DNA of 55,742 nucleotides from a virus (Duplodnaviria; Caudoviricetes): IMG/VR virus record IMGVR_UViG_3300033143_000932, positions 1 to 55,742 of that record; one strand, 5' to 3'. Shown piece by piece: positions 10,901 to 19,572 of this stretch (position 1 is its first letter; each line of letters starts with the position of its first letter). The notes under the pieces were generated by a model. It saw only the letters and a program-made list of their open reading frames with translations, ran no database searches and was not told where the DNA came from. The position numbers and the translations under genes were made by a program.

Positions 10901-13559
10901 CAAATCCTAGTTGATTTAAAACTCTAATAACATCAAATGTATGTTTATTAATATTAAGTTTATCTAGTATTTGTTCTTTTTCATTATCTACAGATGCAGA
11001 TTGATATGCAGAAATAACTTCTGATTTATATCTTTTACCTTTTATTGTTTTAGTACTAGATAAATTACCATTAGAATTTTCATTACCAAATTGAACACTT
11101 ATCCCGACCATTTGTTCAATAGTCTCATCGTACTTTTGTAAACTTAAATTTTTACCTTGTGATATAGCATTAAATACACTATCTAAACTAAATACTCCAA
11201 TACCAGCTTGACCTGCTGTTGCATTAATAAATTTCTGTTTTTGATATTTATCAGATAGAGGGGAAAATTTAACTTTATCTTTATTACGTGCTTTAAGATA
11301 ACCACTAATTTTAGCCGCATCTTCTTTTAATGTACCAAATCCTAAAGGTTCTGCAATTTGACTTTGTATTCTTTCATCAGGATTACTTAGTATATCAAAA
11401 TGTACATCTAATATAGTATTTTGTAATTCAAGTTCTTTAAACTTTGATTTAAAAGTTTCAAATTCATCTGTATGCCAATCTTCACCAAATATTTCAATAA
11501 GAAACTTATCTACTGTAGAATCGTTTTTCTTACTAAATAAAGCATCAATTTCAGATTCATCAAATTCATACTTTGATAATTTACCATTACTATATGTAGT
11601 ATTATACATATAAGAATATAACTTATCAATATCAAAATCAGAACCCATTTGTATAACAAAATCTCTAGGAGCAATTAATAAATCTCCTGAAGTCTTAGGT
11701 AAGAAACCTACTACTTCCATATAAGACATACTATTTAATCCTTGTGTTGGGATTCTAAATCCAAATATCTGTAATAGTTCTTTTGGTAATCTACTTGTAT
11801 CTATTAAACCGTCTTTGATAAAATCTTTAGCATTTAATAAATTACCTTTACTATCTCTAAATTTAAAAGGTATTATAATCTGAGCTGGTTTAACTACTTT
11901 TTTAGTAGATGTTACTTCACCGTAATGACTATTAATTAATTCTAATATTTTTTTAGCTTGTTTTTTATCACCTGCTTCATAATCAACGATATGATTTAAG
12001 TCCTTAGCAGAAATAGTTATATTTTCATCTGCTTTTAATTTCTTAATACCCTCATTAATATTATCTTTAGTATAAGAATCACTTCTAACTTCAACTTCTT
12101 CTGTACGTTGAGGTAATAATTCTCCTGTAAACTCTTTAGTAAATACAATATCAGATTGTTTTACATCTTCTAAGTTAGAAACTTGGAATCCTTCTTCTGT
12201 ACCTAATACAAATGAAGCACCTTTCATCTTTTTCTTTCTAACTCTATTATCAACTATTGAAGATAGTAAAGCTTCTATTTTACTAGATGAAGGGTTATGT
12301 GCTAATGGAATAACAAATCTACCTTTCTTATCTAATTCTAAACCTTGAATTTCATTAATAGAATAATCTCTACTAATAGCTTCTGATTTTAATATATCTT
12401 GAAGTTTTTCAATATCTAAACTACCATCTGGTTGAACTTGTAATTCTCTTAATATATTCTCATAACCTATTTTAAATAACTCATTATAAGCATCTAAATA
12501 TTTAGCTTGTGATTTTTCTACACCTTCTACATCTAGTATATTACTAAATAATAATTTTCTTTGTTGTGAACCATCATTTACTTTAGACTTATTTTCATCA
12601 TAAGGTACTTCTTGTTGTATCTTAAATCCTGTTCTAGGTAATCTCATAGATTTCTCCATAAGATTTATGTCATCTTTTATAGTACCATCTTCATTAAATA
12701 TATTAGTAGGTTTCGCAAAATCTCCTACTTTAACAGCACTACTAAATGCAACTCTATCAATACCTTTTTCAATAGCGACTCTTAATTTATCTATTTCTAA
12801 ACCTTTAGTTATTTGTTCAAATAATGGAAAACTAGATGATTTAATATAAATTCTTTTATCTACATCATTAGCAATATCAAGTTTATTTTGAACGTATACA
12901 GGTTTAGCAGGTTGTAAAACTTCTCCTATTTCATCAATACTTAAATCTTCATTATTAAGTACTTTCTTTTCTATAGAAGCTTTAACCTCGTCAGTTATTT
13001 TACCCATTTTTTCAAGCATATATAAATGCTCTCCTAAACTAGTAAATTCTTGTGCATCTGTACCTTCAAACCCTATATAATCTTTAGCTTTCTCTTTCCC
13101 CAGTATATTGTTGTAGTAATCTTGTACAAGAGAACTACTTTCTTTATCTGATATAAAAGCTTGTACATAATGGTCATTCTCACTATCTGCTAACTCAAGT
13201 CCAGGAGCAATATCTCCAGCAAGTCTTTTACCTATATTGATAAATGTATCTTCTACTTGTGTAATAGCATCTTTAGCTTTACTCTTATAATATATAGCAG
13301 GGTCACCAACAAATAATTGATGTACATTTGCATTACTTATTAAATAATTTACTACAAAATCTGTAGCAGCAAATTTCAACTTATTATTCTTATTTACAAC
13401 AGATATACTATTAACATAATTCATATCCATGAAGTTCATATTTTCAGCAGTAATACCAAAACTATTCCATTCTTGAACTTTATCACTAACTAATGATTCA
13501 ACATGTTCTCTAATTGTATCTTTAAATATTTGTAAACTTTCTGTGTAAACTTTCTGCAT
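4938..13559 (-). CDS. Virion-packaged RNA polymerase (crAss-like two-barrel RNAP) catalytic part, fused to a zincin protease domain and a long C-terminal ejection-protein region; probably the 3' part of a frameshifted 4870-aa gene
   Basis: GFRIPTQG...MGSDFDIDK catalytic motif (~11622-11645); TDAQEF, KSSSFPL, SAVKVG and SVDNEKE blocks; HELTH zincin motif (8991-9005) with downstream QEFVA. Confidence 0.9.
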   Translation of the reverse strand: MQKVYTESLQIFKDTIREHVESLVSDKVQEWNSFGITAENMNFMDMNYVNSISVVNKNNKLKFAATDFVVNYLISNANVHQLFVGDPAIYYKSKAKDAITQVEDTFINIGKRLAGDIAPGLELADSENDHYVQAFISDKESSSLVQDYYNNILGKEKAKDYIGFEGTDAQEFTSLGEHLYMLEKMGKITDEVKASIEKKVLNNEDLSIDEIGEVLQPAKPVYVQNKLDIANDVDKRIYIKSSSFPLFEQITKGLEIDKLRVAIEKGIDRVAFSSAVKVGDFAKPTNIFNEDGTIKDDINLMEKSMRLPRTGFKIQQEVPYDENKSKVNDGSQQRKLLFSNILDVEGVEKSQAKYLDAYNELFKIGYENILRELQVQPDGSLDIEKLQDILKSEAISRDYSINEIQGLELDKKGRFVIPLAHNPSSSKIEALLSSIVDNRVRKKKMKGASFVLGTEEGFQVSNLEDVKQSDIVFTKEFTGELLPQRTEEVEVRSDSYTKDNINEGIKKLKADENITISAKDLNHIVDYEAGDKKQAKKILELINSHYGEVTSTKKVVKPAQIIIPFKFRDSKGNLLNAKDFIKDGLIDTSRLPKELLQIFGFRIPTQGLNSMSYMEVVGFLPKTSGDLLIAPRDFVIQMGSDFDIDKLYSYMYNTTYSNGKLSKYEFDESEIDALFSKKNDSTVDKFLIEIFGEDWHTDEFETFKSKFKELELQNTILDVHFDILSNPDERIQSQIAEPLGFGTLKEDAAKISGYLKARNKDKVKFSPLSDKYQKQKFINATAGQAGIGVFSLDSVFNAISQGKNLSLQKYDETIEQMVGISVQFGNENSNGNLSSTKTIKGKRYKSEVISAYQSASVDNEKEQILDKLNINKHTFDVIRVLNQLGFEEDTVTAFINQDIIRDYVEETIKVADITSDTFSGREEYVVSTLIKKYAPLMKETDMDKNFLGLADIGSKELLYMIQNSDNHKDNLKYQKTQASILFKFKRLKELGLVLADLQSTINTDSAGLNKSMIINKLKAGKLDKLGNEGVVANASKLIGDYIPRQLIGINEEQQFIKNEGYIKLNDYLVKPNTINGFASMYALNLNSKLWDKFLPYGEKSVMDMFKAIELESTNRDLSINQKDELYTNIWKNIKSYIYTSGNLGLSKDKDITVERERLMFDTKDNKSLASIIQDLKTQPVGKTNPFLNKLTTDIHKGNKPSLIKFDAATGENFDELNIYAGFVDLITNEREIGEFNDIKYTTRTLAQDLILQQYATGGIQEAIQFIKYIPQSYLNTIGFSKGLNDLILDEQGLKTFERQYFQHNPSKATILQSDSIYLKDSIKDVSKTESITIIKESEPLWKIENGYARPPRYISMYNVKSGNKFNLYELGEGLTYHKIDTLGTFGYKEYDKGISYSSSLIQANKSRSKIKGTKDIPEDVYDKYYIDNEEGEGITGLYSLNEENDTRRTLGFLGNVITNSTNPLYKEYAKKLLENVNKVNVVIETDLDLNARGATKGNVIYYNPSKINSTKELEKVLLHELTHAFTNQAIKSGSPQVLRLQGIFNELKNNIDPTKLKTLVEKLEQVKQGKKVGLTVEEAEVTYGAYNLQEFVALAMTSTEFQDILKTMKYSPEKSFFQELVDRIVDVLETLGLTKDSALKDVITDVFGIIESNIEPDSTTDYLPSMINQTQEIEIKLGIRHTDGTRKRYLEKNYEKTLALRKKLMTRVPDGYTIKFAKQTGEKGDRRMYDALIIEREKENEFYYLPDLMDDGNRFIRLINEVQFRKRQVEQSIVSAKKENNLKRLEELNSRLAVIDDEISELEEASKLEDIQFLAERDLNRVKNILVKEKVTASELHEASRILNVWKKGRELFFNEDEKTSTELNHTFGIYQIDAENYADKLTKLQYKLGKEFIKDEVGVETTISEIFAKQQDVSFLASRTLDISRNDNALLQSALKSQKVANDNARKESEKVFKDFDNLLERVNPLLPKGSNKYDMFLQQDSKGRYTGDLVHMYSTKFFETKSRLRRKAKATNKKEDWNKYLKWKKENEIIFDVRKLFPDKEVYTHQTYDKAVADKHREELKSHLGEASYNKLITELEDKIKKYKETYDYTKERIDSLEELTDKEKAEELKLWELTNSPYYYSKMAIDGQVLKYGKDFIRPKGYEYTYEAPRRVDTKGKATEWYDKDFEKISNNETLLEFYEYILDTFVEMTSYLPPSKQDKMQINTIPEIRKSTLELFSEKGMKGGFRGLFDKFTESNLTDDVDDVSFALRDPVTGEVEKSLNIKHLSDKSATVSKLLKIKKINHFQTTGKEATAIEVKEMIKDIKNELAKEKSLDLGKVLKAYTSTVLSYKHKAGIEDQLRLVNSILHNTAEIEFTSDKRPKVDPSGNLVKKTQEESFTKLKAQYDYFMDAFYGKTRNLEGVSDIRKLTKTEKEDKKDLESKLEINERLFKSNEIDETKYETTKITLETQIEELGGNVVGSKIGDNVLKYVQLKGMGWNVFSAFSNMGFGVISNLIEASDGRAYSKKQFLSAMWMVKASIGKNLTFNVVESKQAKKIRSLMDSFDVLKDATNELYESTTQSGLKNRVKFASPYNLQARSEYVNQAPMMIALMMNKPVTGKDGKEYTLWEAYDENGDVKENFELDQDLLDNYKVQLDQLIKSAHGNYDPDSPLLAKQKIMGRALTQFRTWMFEGFSNRFESEKFDSLLGYTRKGRYVSLYETVKESPAANLLFTAKQLVRKLTFRATKFDEKFSEVDAANMRKNLTELVIYMNLLGIGLLLKSMAGDDEDKNKFLINYTLNQMLRLQTDISFYTNPASFESLTKNSVPALGLINDAGQWIESATLLMMGEDEIKGGINSGDSRFLRETMQSLPFGTQVYRNISASRQVFDK

Positions 13560-16500
13560 TAGTTAATACATCAGGATTTAATTCTTTACCTGTAAATAAT
13601 TCAGTTCTATCATTTAATTCAGGTACAAAAAAGAATAAGTTAGCACCTTTATCGTAACCTTTAATTCCTGTAGATTTAATCTTTTCTTGAAATGCTAAGA
13701 TACGATTTACTTCTGGTAATACTAAAGAATCAAAAATAGAATCTATAGTTTTAACAGATACATTATCATTTAAATCGAATTTAGTATTATGTGCTAATAC
13801 TGTTAATCCTACCATTGTCGTTTTATCCGACATTGTAGGGTACATCATATTAATAACTCTATCTTCTTTACCAATTTTAGTACCTTGATTTTGAAATAAA
13901 CCTACTTTAGTTATCTCATGTTCAGCATTAGACATATCTTTTAGTTTCTTACCTTTCTGATTAGAACCTAATTCAGTTAACGTGTCCATGTAGAAATAAT
14001 TGAAATTTCTAGTAAAGTTATTATTTTGTATCTTACCATCTTTGTACATTTGACTTAACCATGTACTATGACGATTGAAAGATAATTGAGTTAATCCTTC
14101 AAGTAATGTATCATTAGTTTTTAAGTCTCTTACTCTATTAATTAAGTACTTATTATTAGAATACGACCAAGTAGTTTTACCTTCTCCATCTTTAAATGAA
14201 TTACTAAATTGTGTCTTATTATACTTAGCATCTAATAAAGCTAATGCTTGAATAGCAGAACTTGATAATGGTTTAACATCCTCTAAGTTATGTTTTAGAG
14301 CATTTTCTAAATCTTTAGCTAGTATATTGAATACACCACTTGTTGAAGAAAATAATACAGGATATTTCAATCTTTTCCCATTATGTCTTAATCCTTTAGA
14401 TTCTAAATCAGCTAATGTACTATCATGTAAATTAATACCTAATAAGTTTAAAGCTTTATCTAAGTTCTTGATACTAGGATTCTTTTCTTTTAATATAGAA
14501 ATAGCTTTACTAACCTTATCAGTTAATACTAATTCTTTCTCTTCATTTAAAGAAACTACATCGCTATTTTTTAAATTATTGTACCAGTTACTTATAATAC
14601 TTTTTGATATAGAAGTTGAATCACTATTATTAGGAATTAATCTAAATCCTTTCTTATCTTTAGTCCATAATAAATGTTTCATTGGTACATAATGCTTTGC
14701 CATAGCAACAACAAATTCATTCTTAACTTGTTGACTAGCATTATTTAGTTTATCTACTACAGATTTATAATAAGGTTTAGCTTCAATAGAATCTTCTAAT
14801 TTCTTTATCATTAAATCATAATCAGCTCTTGAATTACCTAATACTGCTGATACATCATTATATACTTCATCAAATGGTACAATCTCTTGTAAACCAATAT
14901 AATTAGTTTTAATTGATAAGTCAGAATTTAATCTAGGTACAAAAGCAAAGAACCTTTTAAGTTTACTACTAATAGTATCTTTACTATCTACTTGTAAAGT
15001 AGCACCATCATCAAAATTAGTTTTCTCATATAAAGAACTTATATCTTCTAATCCTGTTAAGTCTTCTCCTTGTTTAATTTTAACACCAGATACTTTACTT
15101 AATTTAGCTAATGTAAAACCTTTAAATTGTTTCCAATTATTTAATATCTTATCTATCTCTTGTACACCTTTCTCACTACCTTTAGCTTTATACGCTTTCT
15201 GTACATTTTTAAAGAACGTTTCCCATCTATTAAATACTTCTTCTTGACTTGCTGATTTCTTATCAATAACAGTATTACTAATATCAGCTGCTATTGCATC
15301 AACAATACTAAATTGTCTATTAGCAGTCATACCTTCTATAAGAAGATTACTTAGTATAGAATTTTCAATTTCTTTTACTTGTTCATCTTCTAATACGTCA
15401 GGTAGAAAATCTACATCATCAATCTCTGGTAAATTAAAATCTTTACCATCAGGAGTTTTAAGATTAGTTTCAGTAGTTTCAACTTTAGTTCCTTCTTCAG
15501 TTGTAGTACTTAATTCATTACTCTTATCTTCTATTGCAAATGATGTTTCTATCTCAATTACAGGCTGAATTGTATATGCATAATTTCCATTATCTAAATC
15601 AAATGATAATAGGTTAGTTGTAGTATGTGATTTAATAAAGTCATTATAGTTATCATAACTCAACTCTGTAATACCAGTTGTTTCAGTTAATAAAGGAATA
15701 GTAAATTCTCCTGTATTTAAATTATCTATATTAACTCTCATGTACATTTTTTGTATATGAGCTTCTAATTTATCTAGTAAACTAGGTATTACATTATCAG
15801 GAGTATTTTTAGAAAGAGATATATTACCTATTCCTTTTCCACTACCAAAATCAATTGAATTACCTGTAACTCTAAGTAAATGTACATCAGACGGTTTACC
15901 ACTTAAATAATCAAATAAACTTTCATCTGTACTAGGATTATAACTATATATAAAGTTTTCTATATAATCTCTTAATCCTTTTTCAGTTAATATATTTACA
16001 TCATAAGTTTCATATAAATCTTTAACAAATTGATTCTCTTTATCTTCTGATAAGTATAAAGATACTGCTTGTTTTATAGATTGACTATATATGTTATTTA
16101 CTTTTTTCTTTCTTAAAGGTACAGACATATGTACTGTATTCTCACCTTCTTTACCAACTGGTAAAACAGCATATACAACACCATCTTTAACATCTTTATT
16201 AAGTATTTTATCTTCAAATACTTCATTTCTATTAGTATGAAATTTACCCTCTTTACCTACTGTAAATTGTAAATCTTTACTAGGAAATGCTTGTATAACG
16301 TCTTGTTGTTCACTATCTTTTGACTTTATAAGTTGACCATAGTTCTTTGATTTTATAGTCGTTATAACGGGCTTATTTGCCTGTATTATGAAGTCACGAA
16401 TTAATTGAAGCTTTTCTTTATTAGTTTTAATATCACCTGATATATTAGATTCTTTAATCCAATTCATATCATGTAAGTAAGCAACTTTCTTACCATCTTT

Positions 16501-19500
16501 CTTAATAACAATAGGAACTAATGAATTAGGAGATTTAGTTTTCTTTTCTTCTGCTAATAAACTATCATAAGTTACTTCATTACCATCCTTATCTGTATAC
16601 TTTAATTCAGTATCTACTTCTAAAGAAATTTCAGTTCCTACTTGATATTCATTAACATCTAATAATGTTTTATCAAATAAGTTATCATTTAAAAGATTAT
16701 CAACATCTTCTTTCGATACAATTACATCATCATTAATACTATCTACAACATCAGTATAGTTTCTTGATAGGTAAGCAAAATTACCAAAACCATCTAGTAC
16801 TCTTTTAGTATCGTATATAATATTATCTCCTTCAATATCAGTAATATGTTGAGGTGTTTCTCCTAGTGTTTCGTTAATACTTTCGGTTTCATTTCCTATT
16901 TCTTTTTGGTCTGATTCAGTATATACTTCTGGTTCAGGATTTTTATTTTCAATATTATCTCTTACATCAATAGCATTATCTCTATCAGTCTTTTTAACTT
17001 TTAATACAGTACCTTGTTGTTTAGCTTGTAATTCTGCTATTTTATTTTCAATTATTTGAGCTTTAGCTTCATCAGGTTCTTGCATACCTGGTAAACCATT
17101 TCTATAAAGATTTACGTAAGGCTTTAATTGATTAATGTCGTTATTAGCTATAGCAGACATAAACATAGAATCATTACTATGCTTTTGCATTTCTTCTCTA
17201 TAATCAATATTAGGATTAGGAAGTTCTGTAACTAATTCTTCTCTTGTAGCTTCTTCAACATCTATACCTTCTTCTTCTTTGATTTGTTCAAGTTCTTTTT
17301 CAACTTCAACTTCTTCTTTAGCTTTACGTACATTAGCTTTAGTTTCTTCTCTTTTAGAAGTAACTTCTTGTTCTTTCTTTTCTTTTTCTAATTTAGCTTC
17401 TTCCTTTTTAATTTGAGAGTTTCTAGCAGATTGTAATTCTTTTTTATACTCTTTACTTTCTAATTTATTAAGATAACTTCTATGTGATTCAGTAGCTTCT
17501 TTATATACTTCTAAATCCGTTTGTAACTCTATAATATCAGGGTTAATAGACTTTAAAAAGTTTTCTGGTTTACTAAGATTAAAACTAACTAAATCTTTAT
17601 ATTTCTTTTCAGTTTCTTTGATACGTTTGTCAACATTCTCAACTCTATCTTTGTAATCACTTTGAGCAAATACTTCTCTTGCTCTACGTAAAGCAACTAA
17701 TTCAACTGCCTCTGAAATACCTTTTTCTTGTTTACTTTGATAATTAACATCATTAGTTTTTTCAGTTGTTAATTTACTTAAAGTATTATTAGCTCTTTCA
17801 CTATTTTTATTAATAAGAAAATTAGTTTTAATAGATTCAGTAATTAAATGATTTTTTACTTCATTTGATTCATTACCTACAAAGAATTTATTATAATATT
17901 TATTATATAATTTCTCTGTTTGTAAAATATCATTTATAGTATGAGTAACTGCTTTATCTACGTCACCTTCGACGGCAACACCACCTTCAATTAGTTGTGT
18001 TTTAAATTCATTTGATTTAACGTGGTCTAATAATATATCAACATTACCAACAGCAGATGCTCTCATTGCTAAATCAGATGCTAGTTCAGATTTTAATTGT
18101 CCTATCAAATCTTGTCTATCTTCTGGTGAGATATTCTCATTAGTTTCAATCTCTTTAATTTTATTAGAAAAAGAATTTAGTATTTGTTTACGTTGTTCTA
18201 TTTCTGTTATCTTATTACTAACTGTATTATCTTTATGTCCTTGTATTCTATTTAATGCTCCAGTACCTGCATCAAACGCTATACCACCTGCTACACCCCA
18301 TGCTGCACTTTCATAAAAATGACCATCTTGTAAGTAACCACTTAATCTTTCTCCGAAAGTATTTGGGTCTTTTGAACCACTTAATACTTTACCATAATAC
18401 TCACCTTCTGCTCCACCTATAAAATTAATACCTTCTTCAATACCCTCTGTACCTTGTCTAGCAATAGGAGATAAAACAGGATTCATAAATCTTCTTACTC
18501 TATCTGCTTTAGTAAAATCTTTACCTAATACTTGAGCAATAGGTTTCTCCATAAACTTATTAGTTCTAGTACCTGCTTTAAAACCTTTAAATAAAGGAGC
18601 AGTTTGTAGTAAGTCAAATACAATATTTGAAGAGTTTATTTTATATGCTCTCCAACCAGCTTTAGCGGCAATAAAATCAGCAAGTGATTCTTTAGTTACT
18701 ACTCTACCATTAGTACGCATTTCTGCACCAACTTCGCCATTTTTTATTTCTTCAAATACTGCATCGTCTTCAAACATTTTTAAAGCATTCTGTCTAGCTT
18801 GTGTAGTTACATTTAAACTCTCTGTCATGTTCTCTGCGTTACGCATTACCATAGCAGATGTACCCATCTTACCCCAATATTTTGTAGCATCACCGACTTT
18901 ATCAGCCATTTTTAATGTTCTACCTAACATTCCTGCTGCTCTAACAGTACCTGCGGCAGGTATCATTAAACTAACTGTACTAGCAACACTTACACCATGA
19001 TTCATCCACCATGCTAAGTCACCCATTTGCCAACTACCTTGAGGATTTTCAGCATATATTGGTACATTCTCTTTACTCCAATCTTTTATACCTTCACCCC
19101 AACCTATTACAAAATTATCAAAATCATCATCTTGTCCAGTCGCAGCATTATATAACATCGAAGGAACTTCAAGAATACTACCTATACCACTAATAGTACC
19201 ACCTACAATTTCACTTACTGCTTGTACACCAAAATTATATACTTGCTCCCAATGACTTTGATTTTCGGCTCTAGCTTCATTTATTTTATTAATAGGCATT
19301 GAACCTCTAAATGTTACGTAATCTTCATAATCACGTAAATCAACACCTGTTTTAAATCCTTTTAATAATGTACTTGGTTTATTAGATTCACCTTCTAATA
19401 TCCCATCGTAAACAGTCTTTTCTTGAATCTTTGGACTAGCATCTGTAAGTTCAGTTGTTAGTTCTGCACCATTAATTCCTTCTGTTGTTACATCGCTTTC

Positions 19501-19563
19501 TTTACCTTCAACATCTAAACTATTGTCAGCACTATTATTTAAAATATCGTTATAATCTGGCAT
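13522..19563 (-). CDS. Large ejection/cargo protein, likely including the N-terminal part of the virion RNAP (5' part of the frameshifted gene)
   Basis: Gly/Ala-rich hydrophobic N-terminal segments, GTEGIEEGINFI motif, long coiled coil, and YPTMSDK near the end; the last residues (HRKFTNI) arise from the duplication. Confidence 0.8.
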   Translation of the reverse strand: MPDYNDILNNSADNSLDVEGKESDVTTEGINGAELTTELTDASPKIQEKTVYDGILEGESNKPSTLLKGFKTGVDLRDYEDYVTFRGSMPINKINEARAENQSHWEQVYNFGVQAVSEIVGGTISGIGSILEVPSMLYNAATGQDDDFDNFVIGWGEGIKDWSKENVPIYAENPQGSWQMGDLAWWMNHGVSVASTVSLMIPAAGTVRAAGMLGRTLKMADKVGDATKYWGKMGTSAMVMRNAENMTESLNVTTQARQNALKMFEDDAVFEEIKNGEVGAEMRTNGRVVTKESLADFIAAKAGWRAYKINSSNIVFDLLQTAPLFKGFKAGTRTNKFMEKPIAQVLGKDFTKADRVRRFMNPVLSPIARQGTEGIEEGINFIGGAEGEYYGKVLSGSKDPNTFGERLSGYLQDGHFYESAAWGVAGGIAFDAGTGALNRIQGHKDNTVSNKITEIEQRKQILNSFSNKIKEIETNENISPEDRQDLIGQLKSELASDLAMRASAVGNVDILLDHVKSNEFKTQLIEGGVAVEGDVDKAVTHTINDILQTEKLYNKYYNKFFVGNESNEVKNHLITESIKTNFLINKNSERANNTLSKLTTEKTNDVNYQSKQEKGISEAVELVALRRAREVFAQSDYKDRVENVDKRIKETEKKYKDLVSFNLSKPENFLKSINPDIIELQTDLEVYKEATESHRSYLNKLESKEYKKELQSARNSQIKKEEAKLEKEKKEQEVTSKREETKANVRKAKEEVEVEKELEQIKEEEGIDVEEATREELVTELPNPNIDYREEMQKHSNDSMFMSAIANNDINQLKPYVNLYRNGLPGMQEPDEAKAQIIENKIAELQAKQQGTVLKVKKTDRDNAIDVRDNIENKNPEPEVYTESDQKEIGNETESINETLGETPQHITDIEGDNIIYDTKRVLDGFGNFAYLSRNYTDVVDSINDDVIVSKEDVDNLLNDNLFDKTLLDVNEYQVGTEISLEVDTELKYTDKDGNEVTYDSLLAEEKKTKSPNSLVPIVIKKDGKKVAYLHDMNWIKESNISGDIKTNKEKLQLIRDFIIQANKPVITTIKSKNYGQLIKSKDSEQQDVIQAFPSKDLQFTVGKEGKFHTNRNEVFEDKILNKDVKDGVVYAVLPVGKEGENTVHMSVPLRKKKVNNIYSQSIKQAVSLYLSEDKENQFVKDLYETYDVNILTEKGLRDYIENFIYSYNPSTDESLFDYLSGKPSDVHLLRVTGNSIDFGSGKGIGNISLSKNTPDNVIPSLLDKLEAHIQKMYMRVNIDNLNTGEFTIPLLTETTGITELSYDNYNDFIKSHTTTNLLSFDLDNGNYAYTIQPVIEIETSFAIEDKSNELSTTTEEGTKVETTETNLKTPDGKDFNLPEIDDVDFLPDVLEDEQVKEIENSILSNLLIEGMTANRQFSIVDAIAADISNTVIDKKSASQEEVFNRWETFFKNVQKAYKAKGSEKGVQEIDKILNNWKQFKGFTLAKLSKVSGVKIKQGEDLTGLEDISSLYEKTNFDDGATLQVDSKDTISSKLKRFFAFVPRLNSDLSIKTNYIGLQEIVPFDEVYNDVSAVLGNSRADYDLMIKKLEDSIEAKPYYKSVVDKLNNASQQVKNEFVVAMAKHYVPMKHLLWTKDKKGFRLIPNNSDSTSISKSIISNWYNNLKNSDVVSLNEEKELVLTDKVSKAISILKEKNPSIKNLDKALNLLGINLHDSTLADLESKGLRHNGKRLKYPVLFSSTSGVFNILAKDLENALKHNLEDVKPLSSSAIQALALLDAKYNKTQFSNSFKDGEGKTTWSYSNNKYLINRVRDLKTNDTLLEGLTQLSFNRHSTWLSQMYKDGKIQNNNFTRNFNYFYMDTLTELGSNQKGKKLKDMSNAEHEITKVGLFQNQGTKIGKEDRVINMMYPTMSDKTTMVGLTVLAHNTKFDLNDNVSVKTIDSIFDSLVLPEVNRILAFQEKIKSTGIKGYDKGANLFFFVPELNDRTELFTGKELNPDVLTNAESLHRKFTNI
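13531..13556. repeat. Perfect 13-bp tandem duplication TGTAAACTTTCTG x2 at the ORF junction
   Basis: Read directly: 13531-13543 and 13544-13556 are identical; removing one copy joins the two giant ORFs in frame. Confidence 0.97.
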
Positions 19564-19572
19564 ATTACTTTT

